A stretch of 63,516 nt of DNA, the filler included, from Craspedostauros australis (taxonomy: Eukaryota): the NCBI GenBank assembly GCA_030167865.1. It is 20 parts of 20 records of this genome, joined end to end, with 100 filler letters (N's around TTAATTAATTAA, not from the genome) between each part and the next. Parts side by side here need not be neighbours in the genome. Positions count along the whole stretch, not along the records: positions 46,887 to 48,010 come from JALAGF010000120.1; positions 48,111 to 50,454 come from JALAGF010000121.1; positions 50,555 to 53,683 come from JALAGF010000122.1; positions 53,784 to 55,093 come from JALAGF010000123.1; positions 55,194 to 57,238 come from JALAGF010000125.1; positions 57,339 to 60,927 come from JALAGF010000127.1; 14 more parts are not named here. One strand, written 5' to 3'. Positions 47,354-60,524 of the stretch are shown piece after piece. Below the pieces are notes generated by a model. The model was not told the DNA's origin. It ran no database searches and saw nothing but the letters and a program-made list of their open reading frames with translations. Numbering within the stretch: position 1 is the stretch's first letter; every line of letters starts with the position of its first letter. The translations under genes were made by a program, and so were the position numbers.

Positions 47354-47712
47354 AATGACACTGCACCCTCGTTTGAGTGGAGTGGCTCTTTCGACTTCCC
47401 CCCACTCCAACCATCGTGGTCTTCATCAATGGAAAGAAGACACCAGAAACCACTCACATCCAGTTCACAGCAATGCATAGAGACGAGAGGCCACACCTTG
47501 AGACGCCTGCACACTGCGCTCTCGGCGACAAGGAATGTCGGTTATGGGACGGCGCCAACGACACACGCGAATGCATGAAGGTGTGGCATATTGAATTCGT
47601 TAAAAAAAGTACAAATCAATCTAGTATACACTATTCTCTCACTATTGATGCATTCCGCGCAGATCACCATGAGGAGAGTGGGCGTTGTGACTGTAAGCTC
47701 ACTGGTCACGTT

Positions 47713-47929
47713 TCATCCATCGGCATGGAAAAATCTCTCTCGCAGGAAGTAGAAGAGCACATTCGCTTGGAGGAGCTGCTGTTGTTTCTCCGCTTTCTCA
47801 ACTTCAAAACCAACTTCTTTCAAGCACAGCGCGAGGATGCGGTTCTCAGCTGAGCCGGCATATGCAAAAATGTGTGGTCACAACGAGGATGGCAGGGAGT
47901 TGGCATCCTGGGCAACAGGCAAGCGAGTG
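47713..47929 (-). pseudogene. C-terminus of a diatom-type LRR protein, cut by LTR A, with an internal TGA
   Basis: Manual translation gives SLPSSL*PHIFAYA...QANVLFYFLRERFF, resembling the LWP..L...VLYYFLRE tail of diatom LRR proteins. Confidence 0.55.
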
Positions 47930-48010
47930 TGTCGAGATGTACATGTGAGTATATGTCGAGATGTACGTGTATATGTGCATCGTTCACCCGTTATTCTCTC
48001 ATACGCACTT
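47930..48010 (+). repeat. LTR family A, 5' tip
   Basis: TGTCGAGATGTACATGTGAGTATATGTCGAGATG, then a gap. Confidence 0.88.
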
Positions 48011-49489
48011 NNNNNNNNNNNNNNNNNNNNNNNNNNNNNNNNNNNNNNNNNNNNTTAATTAATTAANNNNNNNNNNNNNNNNNNNNNNNNNNNNNNNNNN
48101 NNNNNNNNNNCCCAATTGAGGCGTGGTTCTGTCGCAGTCTCCACCAAGTTGCTGATCTGTCTGTTTCGATCACAAGTGCCTCAATACTTATGCACCACGC
48201 AATGAAGTACTTATGGAGGACTGCACCAGCGAGGTGGGTGGATCTTTTGGATCGCATCCGCCAACAGGAATGTTGACTTTGACAAAAAGACGATAAGATG
48301 CATCGATTAACGAAATTGCAAGACGAAGCAAAGGCGTGTAGAATCGTGGGTAAATGGATGTTCGCTGCCCAACTTGGCTACAGTAACAACGGCTTCGACT
48401 CATGCGAGTGTTGCAGACATCTTCGATGCCTTTGCCCGACGCGGCAACGCATTCGTTGGCGAGCAAACCACGATCAATCCCAGGCGGCGTATGCGGTTTC
48501 CACGACTATGACTCACACAATCGCACAAATTTCATTCTTCCACGCTTTCTGGATCCCACTCGTGAACCGATAGTTTCCGTGACTCACAACAAGCATGATC
48601 CACACGTCATTTTCTGAAACAGTGTCTTTTGTCTGGCATTCTTCCGTACCAGTTGTTTGATGGCGTTCTGCGCTTCGGAGCATCGCACGCTCTTGTGGAG
48701 TTTTTGGTGACATCCAACGAGACAAAGCAAACGGAACGCAGGTGTGATGGTTGACACAGAACGAAAGATCTACAAGCCACGGCCATGAATCCGAACCCCA
48801 ACATCCACTGCCTCTTTTGCGAACAGGTTCGTTGTTTTGGCCTTCGACACACTGACTGCGAAATTGTGTGGATTTGTGCAGAGTTGCGTCGGCCTTGCGA
48901 CTGCGTCGCCTTCTTCCCCATGACTGGAGGTGGTGACGTGAGATCCTCTCCCACCTACACACATGTGGCATTGTGTGGTGCACGTACCATACCACAGATC
49001 GTACGTATCTGTCACAGCCTCCGCTCTCACTTCCTTGTTTGTCCTCTTGCAACCTCGCTGTCTACTTTTGGCTTCTCTCTGGCACAGTGTCTGCGTTTGG
49101 TGTTGGTGGTACAGGGTATGATTCTGTTTGGTGGCAGCAGGGGAAGAAGGGGATTTTGCCTTTACCACGATAAGGCAACACTGGTTTCTTCCATATTCAG
49201 GTCACTTCTGGACATAATTGAATGGTTGATACAGCCAACCCATACGACTCCAGGGCACCATCTGAAGGAAGAAGACAGGAATGCAACAGAGGTGCAAGTC
49301 GTGCGCACGCCTCTGCAACGGAGACCTGAAACGACGGTTTAATGGCCACACATGGGCCAGACTCCTGAGTAGGGATAATTGAAACAGTGAATAATAATGG
49401 TCAATTGATGGCAATGCGGAGCTCACAAAATGATTGACTGCAGCAACAAAATTGAAAACAGCAAAACTTGGGAACATGAAACACTCCAT

Positions 49490-50295
49490 TGTTGGCAAGT
49501 TCCGTGACAGCAAGCCTACGATCGTGGAAGACAGTGTTGTTGATAGTCATTGTGTTTGCTATTTCATTAAATTGAGACTCCAATCCTCTCGGTGTCCTCT
49601 CTCTTGCCCGATGCTCTCAGTGCGTTTATCTGTTTCGTAGATTCAGTCTCCGACTATGAGTTGGTGTGAGAGATGCTCTCTGGCTACTCTTCGTATTCTC
49701 TCTCTCTCTCTCTCAATATCGTGTACTCGTGCTACACAATACTTCGCGTTCGATGTGTACTCCGCATTCGACGCTTCGTTCGTTCCTTACTGGCTTCTAC
49801 TCCATGAGTACTTACCATTTGAATTTCACCTCTTGTATCCATGATCTTGATGCCCTTCGGTCATCGGATCTTCGCCTCTTGCTCTGACCTGGAGACAGAT
49901 GTCAACATGGTGACACGATGACATCCTCTTGACGTCAGTAGGCATCCTTCTGCTCTCCAGATGTCACGTTCCATCAATGATGCAGCAGTCTGTCAGATGA
50001 TATTGTCATCTGGGGTTTAGTTGGGAGGTACATTGAGTTTCGCTCGATACCATACGTTTCCATTGATGGATGGACGCACGATGTTCCTGATTCTCTCAGA
50101 ATTCGTTGATCGCAAATTTCCTCCAGAAATTCTGCTCATTTTTGTGTGTTCCATTTCCATTGTGATTTTGACAAATCACAGCATACTATTGACACGAATG
50201 TAGCTTTACCGTCCAAGTGTGTATGAGAGAATAACAGGTGAACGATGCACATATACACGTACATCTTGACATATACTCACATGTACATCTCGACA
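49490..50295 (-). repeat. LTR family A, complete solo-like LTR (806 bp)
   Basis: Full reverse complement of the LTR, with neither the family PPT nor the family 5' leader adjacent. Confidence 0.9.
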
Positions 50296-50554
50296 AGGAC
50301 GGAGTTGAAATTCGTGCTCTGTTGGTGACACAATTCGGTGGAAAAGCCTCGTGAACTGCTGGTTTCGAGATAACTGTGCAATGCAGTTCAAGAGGTGTGA
50401 ACTTGTCGAAGATGTGGTACTGTAACGATGAGTAGAGTAGTGCTGTTTGTACTANNNNNNNNNNNNNNNNNNNNNNNNNNNNNNNNNNNNNNNNNNNNTT
50501 AATTAATTAANNNNNNNNNNNNNNNNNNNNNNNNNNNNNNNNNNNNNNNNNNNN

Positions 50555-53500
50555 GCGGAGCCTCTGAGAAAGTGCCACACACCGAGTTCTGGTTCCTGAA
50601 GACTAATGCCGAGAACGATAGGTTCAAGGATTTGCGGGAGAGGGTCCTGCAAAATTCCGGTCCTATGAAATTCATGGCCTTTGCGAACGCGATGAAGTCT
50701 CTGTGTGATAAGGGTACTGAACTCGAGGATGCGCTCAACAAAGCACTCACGTTCGCGAAGAATCCTTCGGGTAACAAAAGACGCCTCGATAAGCCTAAAG
50801 ACGAGAATGCGTGGATGTTGCAGATATTGGAGGCGATCTACCGTGCCATCAAGCTTGATCCACTCTTCAACGACTCCGAATTCTGGGACAGAGACTTGAG
50901 TCAAGACGGGTTGCAAACAATGATAACTTTGGCGATCAAATCAAGCGATGACACCAGCGCAACAGATGAAAAGACCATCGACGACATCGACGACATCGAA
51001 GAGGCCAGGACGAACGCAATCAAAGTCATGACGAACCCCCCTGATGAGGGGGCCGCCAGGGCGTTATGGAACAAGGCAATTGTATGTGTGGTCGACATGA
51101 AGTCCTCCAATCCACTGCACCGATGGCTCACCGACCCCCATAATGTGGCGCTCGCTTGCGAGCTAAGCTCGGCTTCCGAGATAAACGACGCCGTGCTCGA
51201 GGCGCCGCTCCCGGTCATAAGAACCAAATTGAATCAAGTTTATGCCAGTCGCTTCAAGGACCGTCTTCGTCGCTTATTCTGCGATTCATGCAACGACAAG
51301 CAGAAGGACCCGTCATTCTACATCGGCCATCTGGCTTTTCGACACAAGGGCAACACCACCAACGCCCTCGGGACAGCCTATGTTCCAGATGATCAGAACG
51401 AAGCTGGAAGCGGCGATCTGGTTCTTGTGTACTACTCGGGCAGCGGCAAAGGCAAGACGGTGGATATCGCAGCAAGCTCTGTGACCAGGAAGGCTGCTCT
51501 CACGATGGTACTGAAGATCGATGACGACATTTCGGACGGAATGGAGGAAGCCAAGAACCAAGCGCCGGATGCAACCGATACGGTCGAGCAAAGGGCGACA
51601 GCGATTCGGGAGAGATCGTCGTATAATGTGCTCCAGGAGGCCATGGTGGAAACGGCCACACGATCGAAGGCAGCAATTGACAAAGTTGTCGGCTTCATCG
51701 AGAAGATGAACGAATACCATCGAGCAAAAAACCCGGGTGTTGAGGTCACCGAAGCAAAAAAGAAGGTGATCAGAGTGGTCGTGGCCATCGATGAAGCATC
51801 CTTCCTCAAGAATATATCCCGATCCATTATTCGCCACCACACAGACTTTGGAGAGCGCCTGGGGAAATTCTTCATGAACCGGTGTGCGGGTGACGACGCA
51901 AGGCAGGATTCCAACGACCTATTCCGAGTCCACGTCGTCTTCTCCATCGCAGGGACGGGTGTGTACGGGATTGCTGTTGGATCTCAGCATGGCAACTACC
52001 TGCCCGTCAAGACCATCGCAGACCATCCGGATCGCAGAAAGAATGTCTACAACGTCCTGCGGAACGAATACACCTGCCATGAGAAGAAAGATGTCAAAGC
52101 ACGTTCACTCCCTGACTTCGCTGATTTCGACGACTTCCCTTTTCTTCGTGCCATAGTCCACAACAATTCGAGGATGACATCGATCTTGTTGAACGAGATG
52201 AACGCCACCCAGTTGTCTCCCAGGCATCCACATGAGGAGGCCAGACTCTTGATCCGGGTCTTTGATACCTTCATCGAAAGCAATGGGATGCGAATGCTTC
52301 AGGATTCCCCATCCGAAATGATGCTGACAGGAGCAAGGGCGATCGCTGTCTTCCTCTACCAAACAGAGTTCCATCCCGAAAAGCTCAAAGAGGAAGTCGC
52401 AGCAAGCAAGTTTGCAGATATGGACTATGGCCTGGAATTCGAAGAGGTCATGACTGATCCCAAGTTTACGGAAGACGAGGGAACCGACGAGAGAAAGGAG
52501 CTCAGCAAGAAAACGATGATGTGGCTACTCGTCGCGAAGTTTGGTCTGGTGACACCAACTATCGACAAAGAGGTTACCAAAGCAGGACACAACGCAGTCT
52601 TGACCCATGCAATCCCCAAGCCATTCGAAGTCGACGAGGCAATGCTGCTCTTGTCACTTTACATGGTGTCAGGGCGCGAGGCTGCAATGTCGATTGAAGC
52701 CTTCACGGGGACCACACCCTTCGCCTTTGAGATGATGTCAACTCAGCTGATCAACTGCGTCATTGCTGCTGCCATGACAGTCAAGCTGGAGAAACGACTT
52801 GATCTCAACCTTCAACACATCCTGAAGACACACCTGAAGATGTACGCCAACAGCTTGGGCAAGACAACGGAGGACTACCCCGAAGGCACACCTCTGCTTG
52901 TCAATGAAAGAATCCAAGAGGTATGGAAGAAACTTGCCAACTTCGTGCCAATTTCGTACAGAACCCCCCAAGCTCTCCAAGGTTCCTACTACCACAAGGG
53001 CAACTTCAACTTGAAAGTAGAGGATCCAGCAACAAAGGAGACGGGAGTTATCATCAAGAAGCTGAAGCTGACGCCGAAAGACGAGGTGGATAGCCAACTA
53101 CAACCGACCACACGTGAGAATGGTCGGGATCTTCTCCGGCTTACGCAGAAGACAGCCTTCTTGAAGATCGACAACGATCTATCGAACAACATGCGCAAGG
53201 TGTTGAGGGAGGTGGAAAAAGATCGTGAACGTGTCAAAGCAGCAAAGACTTTCGAGCTGCCTGGGCCGGACAATCGAATCGCAAAGCAGTTCTTTCCGCC
53301 AATCACAACCCTTCCGACTCGGACCAGCAACCTTGCCGACGGATACGTGTCTTGTGTTGGTGTCCAAATAACACAAGAGGAACAAGATGGGAAGCAGATC
53401 TTACGGGTCGAAGACCTCGATATGTTCACCATTTGCAACCAATCCAAAGACTATTTCGGAGCGGTGTCGTGCACGAAACTTGAATTGAACATGAACAATG

Positions 53501-53683
53501 TGCACAACGAAATCCTGGACGAAGAGCTTGGGCAGCATCGCTTTTACTGTGTTTCGAGCCGATCCACCAGCTTCCCGAAAGCACCTCGACACAAAAAGGC
53601 GCGTATCCCTTTCGGATCGTTTCCTGTGGATAAGGTACCTCTTCTTCGGGGGCCCATAAAGAGATTGGAAAGCCTCCGCAGCG
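50555..53683 (+). CDS. Large P-loop NTPase with a putative C-terminal restriction-endonuclease-fold domain (Crinkler/RHS-like); both ends run into gaps
   Basis: Open frame of more than 1000 aa. Walker A SGSGKGKT (~51436), Walker B VVVAIDEA (~51775), FSIAGTG (~51950), and C-terminal NLADG...ICNQSKDY (~53329-53454). Confidence 0.7.
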
Positions 53684-53795
53684 NNNNNNNNNNNNNNNNN
53701 NNNNNNNNNNNNNNNNNNNNNNNNNNNTTAATTAATTAANNNNNNNNNNNNNNNNNNNNNNNNNNNNNNNNNNNNNNNNNNNNACCTTGGCCCCA

Positions 53796-54437
53796 TGTGT
53801 TCATCCGCATCCTTGGGGGCATTGCCTGTGCTTTCTTCGTGGGCTACTGCCTGTACTTTTCTTGTCCCTACTTCCTCTTCCACGTTCTTCATGATTGTTG
53901 CTTTCAGCTTATTAGCACACTGCTTTATTCACCTGATACATTTTCTGATTTGTCCGTCCTGGTATGTGCTGAAACATTCTTTCCTCCAGACACATGATTC
54001 TTGGCATAGGGAACACACTAGAGAACATCAGAGATTTGGTCTGGCCACCACCTGGCAATCATGTGACACCAAGTTTAGCTTGATCTACTTCCCAACTAAA
54101 CCTGAAGTGACACCACCTTCAACAACCTCAAGCATCATCAATGGAATGTGGAATCGACAGAGCCATGGAATGGTGATGAGTGACGTCGACACAGGAGACG
54201 TAATTGCCACATCATGGGTCATCTCCACATCAGAACAAGATTGCAAAGATGCATGACCGAGAGCTGCCCTTGAACACAGCAACATGAGATACATCTCAAT
54301 GAAGATAACATAGATTCAGAAGTCACTTTACCCAATCAGTGCCTTCATTACACCAGCTCATTGCCATCTTCCTGAAAGACTTGATCTCTCTTGACGGATT
54401 CGTGTGATTTCACTGTGTACAATAACAGGATAACACA
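53796..54437. repeat. LTR family B, probably complete (642 bp)
   Basis: Imperfect inverted termini TGTGTTCATCC...GGATAACACA, and a second copy at 1-433. Confidence 0.68.
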
Positions 54438-55193
54438 GCTCCTCCACAGGCTGTTCTGACTCTTGAAGGTGGACAGAGGTGTTTGGATGCTTTCGCACAT
54501 GTGTGTGGACGGTCTTGCTGGACTCGTGAACACAACCACAGATGACCCGTCCGGATCCTTCGAGATGGTACATAACGTTTTTGGAATTCGCTCTGTGTTG
54601 ATTGTTGTTGCTGAGCCGAGGCTGCTTCATCTGGAAGGAGAAAAAGTTCAAAGAGGATAGGCTTGTTAGGATTGGTGCTTTGAAGATGGTGCTGGACAAG
54701 GGGTAAAGGAGGGAGGATTCAAATTCATCTTCCATGCTGCGACCATTGAGGTTGGGATCAGCAGGGAAGATGTGAGTTGATGCATCCTGGCAGTTCACAT
54801 GGAAGATGGCATGACCAGGGGTCTGTGTGGAATGGAATAACACTGTCCCTGATAGTTTATCATCATGCACCTGGGACGGAAAGTCGTTGCACAAGTTGCT
54901 GTTCAAGGAAACCNCCTCCTTGGCAATGATAGGCGTCTGCATTCGTTCCCCGCGCAACCTTGTGGAAAATTCTACCGACATATGCCGATGAGCATCGCGG
55001 ACAGTGCCGACATTCGGATTGCCCATGGACCAATTTCAAAGGTCGTACATGGGGGAGAATCCAATTGGCAGTGAGCTCTTGCCATGGTCACAANNNNNNN
55101 NNNNNNNNNNNNNNNNNNNNNNNNNNNNNNNNNNNNNTTAATTAATTAANNNNNNNNNNNNNNNNNNNNNNNNNNNNNNNNNNNNNNNNNNNN

Positions 55194-55300
55194 GACGTTG
55201 TGGTCGTTGGTGTCGGTATTGCTGTTGTTCTCGAAAGCATGCGCCAAGAAGAGACCGGCGATGCCACCGTCGATCACAGCAATCTTCCATATTGGTTGGT
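55194..55300 (-). pseudogene. Degenerate N-terminus of an FAD-dependent oxidoreductase/monooxygenase
   Basis: KIAVIDGGIAGLFLAHAF is a Rossmann GxGxxG motif with the first Gly changed to Asp. Confidence 0.55.
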
Positions 55301-56481
55301 GGTTCCCACTCCCACTCCCATTGCTGCTTCTGCTACTGCTTCGCTTCTGCGTTGGAGTGAGGATGACGGGGATGGCGATGGCAGTGAGTCCGTTGCCACC
55401 AACATGCACGCAATGTAGATGGCACCAATCATCCTCTATTGATGCATCAACCACGTCGTTGGTGTCATTGTTGCCAATGCTGCCGTTGCTGTGATTCTTC
55501 TGGTTGTGGCTGTCTCTGTGGTTGGGCGATCAATGAGTGAGGAACCAAGTCAACCAGCTGGCATCGTTCGAAGTCTCTCTCCAGAAACAGAGAGAGAGAA
55601 GCGAGAGAGCGTTGGTAGGTATCGTACTCTGTGGATAGACACTTGATGGCAACGGTAATCATCATGTGACCGTTGTGGTTGTGACGAAATGTGTCAGTAT
55701 TCTGCAGCGATGTCTGCAGAAGCACCACCATGGCCATCGTCATCGCCACAGAGTTCGCAATGATTGAGTGAGGCGAGATGAGTCCTGGATACGTTTGTTG
55801 TCGATTGAAACACGAGTGGTGTCACCATCCTCATCGTCATCACCCTCTCAACGAAACACGAGAAACCCCTCTGATTTCCACGGAAGAAATCATCGTGGTG
55901 GATTCTTCGCATCGTGGATTTCTCACATCGTGGATCTGCTCACCGCAGTCTTTCGATGACATCCAACTGCCGAAGAACTGTATCGATCGGAGTAGTATCG
56001 CGATTGACTCCCCCAAGACCATCACAGAGGGATGTACTCATATTACACGAACTATGGTATCACATGAAGAGGCACAACTGCACAGCGTGGACAAGTTGGG
56101 CACCATCGAAGGTCGTATCGTGTGAGCGAGCGAGCTAGCCAGCTTCGGATCATGATGTGGCTGTCCACGGTCGTTCCATGCCATACCATACCACACCATA
56201 CCATACACAGTGGTGGAACTGCGCAAGTCCATGAAGGTGTGTTGACTGACGACACGTTGCTTCGTGATCAATGTACAGGATCATGACATGGAGGACAGCA
56301 AACTTGAGCAAATGAGCTCACAATCGCCATCCAGGCGCAACTGATTTGGGACCACATACCTACTCTACATACTCTGCCTGCTCTGTCAGCTCTACTCATA
56401 CGATTGTGCCACAATCAACAATAATCAGCANCAATCGGCATCAGCCGTAACAACTGCGACGACAGTGACAACAAGAAACGG

Positions 56482-57238
56482 ATGAACTGCACCATGGATG
56501 ATGTCGCCAACACCAACCATGACCCTCACTTCGAGGCATTCTGGAAACAGCTTTATGGACAACAATTGCCACAGACGACCATCGTCGTTACGGATGGCAA
56601 CTACGACATGCAAGTCAACTGCTGCGACATCACACCCAAACGGATGGAACACTGGGACATGGCCATCGAAGCAGGATTCACCTTCGCTGACTTGAAATCG
56701 ATGGTGGAGCGGCACAAGATCGTTATTATATCACCTGATGTTCTACTGAGCGATTCGTGGCTCCAGAGCTGCGGGCGGATGCGCATTGGATCCCTGAAAC
56801 TGGAATTCGGCACCATTGACCAATTTGGAGAGGAAGACAAGCAAGCGATTCGATTCGTACTTCGATTGGTTGCCGAACATCCACTCAAAGTTCCATTCGA
56901 CAGAGGAATCCAATTGAATAAGTCCTTCGTGGAGATGAAGCAGCTCCACGATATTCCTCTTGTGACACATTGTGTGTATTTGGATTCATGTGATCTTGTT
57001 GATTGCGACAAGCTCATGCTCAACATCTCCCAAAACTCGAAACACGTTGTATTCAGTGACTGCAAGCTCGCCGATGGGGGCGCTGATTTGTGCAGATGGC
57101 TGTCTCCAAACAATTGCAGAGTCACCACAGCAACATTTTTATCCACCCGTATCACTTGCGATAGCTTGGCAAAGCTATTCCAGTCAAACAAGCGCATCAA
57201 CAAGCTCGGCATCAATTTCTGTGGGGACTACAGCGCCC
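56482..57238 (+). CDS. Putative RNI-like/LRR protein, 3'-truncated
   Basis: Open frame of ~250 aa with degenerate LxLxxCxL-type repeats (VYLDSCDL, VVFSDCKL, INKLGINFC). Confidence 0.5.
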
Positions 57239-57360
57239 NNNNNNNNNNNNNNNNNNNNNNNNNNNNNNNNNNNNNNNNNNNNTTAATTAATTAANNNNNN
57301 NNNNNNNNNNNNNNNNNNNNNNNNNNNNNNNNNNNNNNCTCATCCACCCCCCAAAATAAA

Positions 57361-57393
57361 TGTCTCTATCAGGTTATTTTGGACCCTGGGACT
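57361..57393 (+). repeat. Inverted repeat, left arm core; partner at 60492-60524
   Basis: 31 of 33 nt are identical to the reverse complement of 60492-60524. Confidence 0.85.
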
Positions 57394-58424
57394 CATCAAA
57401 TTACATGCGATATCTCCCTAATGATTTTTTCGGTGCTCACATCTCCCAACTCAATCGCCATTTTTCGCATGCATTACTTGACATGCATGTCCATACAGCT
57501 CCATGAATGCCTGCCAGCACATTGCTTCTCTGATGATCTCCGTGGCTCATCACTCGTGGATCATTCTTCGTTGCACGCAATCTCTTTGATTGGTTCTTCT
57601 CATTGTGAGCTGACCATTACAGTCTAAATCCAGTTTAGAGACAGGTACAGAATTAGATTTTGTGCGTAGGACATGGTAGGGAAAAGCTGTAGAAATTTAA
57701 CACGGAGGCTTTATAATGGCTCTGACAGATCCTTTAGGGCTGGTCCACGAAGGGATATGTACAATGCGAATACATATGCATCAACAGGAACTGTACGCAG
57801 CTCTATATACATCAAGTAGCCTTCAAACCAATAGTTCGTCCGAGTTGAAGAACGCACGTAGCATGTCCCTATTGGAGCGCTCGCACAACGATGAGTGAAA
57901 TAACGGACAAACAAGTCCAGTGAGTCTGACATGAATAAGAGCAACAATAAAGGACATCCTAAGTTGTTCAATCACATTGAGCACGACTGATGTTGCTCCA
58001 ATCGTGCTACAATGACGATATGCGGACAGACTGTCACTCTTTCATTCAATCCCGTTTTCACTTTTAGTCCTACTGGTCGAAGTTGTCAGTGTTCGGTTTC
58101 GTTCTGGATAGAGATGTTCGCTTTCTCTTCTTCTTTGATCTGCAACACCACAACCAACCAACCATCACCAAGGCCGACCATTGTTTGCGAATCACACACC
58201 TTTCAACAGTGGCATCGTCATTCGATGACGAACGCTTTGCATCTTACTCGTCGATTGTATCTGTGGCTCCGCTCTTCATACTTCACATCCAAACCCAGCG
58301 CCCTTCCAAGAGTCAAAAACGTTTCAAACAAGGAGGAAACGAGAGTGCAGACAAGCACACTGGACTGCAGGGGCAGAATAGAGCATAGTACCAAACCAAG
58401 AGTTGACGCAAGAGTTGACGCAAG

Positions 58425-60127
58425 ATGTTCCGTCGTTCGCTCGTTGAGGCCAGAAGGCGCCTGGTGAAGCTCACCCTGAAGACTGCGGCCGTCGTGGGAT
58501 TCGTGGAAGTGACGACGCATCTGCCATCCGAGGGACGATCGTCCCAATTCTACCACACATTGACGGATCGCGTTGGCACGCCGTTGTTTCGAGCTGTGCT
58601 GAGTGCGGAAGGTGAGCACAGTTTTTGTGTGTACAGGTGGATTCAGTTGATGGTGAGGGAGGGTGGCGCACGTTTGAGTCTTCGTGATGAGATGGAATCG
58701 TTGGAGAGGTCGTTTCCCAAGACATGCGGACATGCCAATACAATGCTGCTGCCATCCTCTCTTTTTCTGCGAGCAGTCTAACCATTTGCTGACCCATTGC
58801 TGACCGGCTGCATAAGTACATGCATACTCGCCCATCTACTCTCCCCCATACACCATCTTGTGATTCGCTGTTTGCAGATGCCCATACCGCAGCCATGTTC
58901 GCGTTGCAATATGGGCTGGCGCCTGTCCACCGTCCCAACGCCTCCGAACAATCCTTGAGAGATGGCGGGAAGGTGACCATCATGGGACTGACGTTCTCGA
59001 ATCCAGTCGGAATCGCAGCAGGCTTTGACAAGGATGGCGCCGTGATTCAGCAGGCATTCGATTTGGGATGCGGTATGTTGGAGATTGGATCCATCACGTT
59101 GGAACCGCAGCCCGGCAACCCCAAGCCACGCATATTCCGCCTTGTGGAAGATGGCGGAGTCATCAACCGATGCGGGTTCAACGGATTGGGTTCCCAAGTT
59201 GCCAAGCAAAATCTTGAAACGTACATGCAACGCAAGATGGCAACGAACCGTGGGAGCACCAGCGGGAGTGGCAACGAGAGAGTACTGGGGATCAACCTGG
59301 GCAAGAACAAGATCCCATCACGATCGACGCCGCTGGAGGAGTATCAGGAATTGATTGGGCTTCTGGGACCGTTCGCAGACTATCTCGTCATCAACGTGTC
59401 GTCTCCCAATACACCGGGCCTTCGAGATTTGCAAGCATCGGACAAGCTGAGAGCTTTGCTACAAGGATGCATCGAGAGTCGCGACGTTTTGGTGCAGCAA
59501 TTGAATGCTGAGGCTGGCGATGGCGCGACACCGACAACGATAGATGCGAATGCAGACGAACAAACTTCCAATGCAAACAAGAACGACGGTTCACGACGAC
59601 ACATCCCACTGCTCGTCAAACTGGCTCCCGATTTGTCGCTGCAGGAGATGGAACTGATCGCCGAAGTCCTGATGGAGATGAAGGTGGATGGCATGGTCTT
59701 AACCAACACCAGCAACCAACGGCCCACTAGCAACAATACCAGCAGCAGCTCGGGTGGCAACTTGTTGAGAAGCCGCAATCGCCACGAGGTCGGTGGCTTG
59801 TCAGGCACACCCATCAAGGACATGTCGACGGATCGGATCCGCACCATGTACCGATTGACGAATGGCAGTATTCCGATCATTGGCGTCGGTGGCATCGCCA
59901 ACGGATACGACGCCTACGAGAAGGTCTGCGCCGGCGCATCGCTGGTGCAACTGTACACTGGCATGGTGTACGGCGGGGCGGGCGCGATCAGCCGTATTCG
60001 CAAGGAGTTGGCGGAAGTGCTGATTCAGCACGGCCACCGCTCCGTGGAGGATGCGGTGGGGTCAGATCATGCCGATATGTACTGGAAACGGCAGCAATCG
60101 AAGATGGTGGCTCACGCAGAGCAGTAA
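58425..60127 (+). CDS. DHODH: Dihydroorotate dehydrogenase (quinone), class 2, mitochondrial type; exons 58425-58611 and 58878-60127
   Basis: Arg-rich presequence, SAEDAH across the splice, NPVGIAAGFDK, PQPGNPKPRIFRL, INRCGFN, VINVSSPNTPGLR, VKLAPDL, GGLSG, IIGVGGI and GASLVQLYT. Confidence 0.95.
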
Positions 60128-60491
60128 CGTGTGCTGGTATAGCTGACACTGAAAAGGTATAGGTGGGAATGAACGGATACTCATGGCATATTGTGAGGCT
60201 AGTATGATTCAGTTCCATCCAGAGAGATAGAGATAGAGAGCGCTCCACTGTGTCAGCAACCCGTTATCGACTCTTGCTCCATTCTATGTTCGTTTGAAGC
60301 AATCAAAACGGGATTGGAAGCACAGCGCAATCGTGAAGTATTGCCACGACCACTTGGAATCAATAACGAAACAGAACGATGACGTGTTGTATCGCCGTTC
60401 GTGTTCTCGTTGTGGAGACACGCGACAGTGAAGTCGATGGGATTGAAGATGTGTCGAATGACACTAGAGGATTCTCGCATTCGGATTATTC

Positions 60492-60524
60492 AGTCCCACG
60501 GTACAAAATAACCTGATAGAGACA
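60492..60524 (-). repeat. Inverted repeat, right arm core
   Basis: Reverse complement of 57361-57393 with two mismatches. Confidence 0.85.

Noticed and set aside
49470..49489. Possible TGG-type primer-binding site after the minus-strand LTR (ATGGAGTGTTTC)
   Set aside because: It does not match the leader of the gag-linked LTR at 20876, no gag follows, and I recognise no tRNA 3' end.
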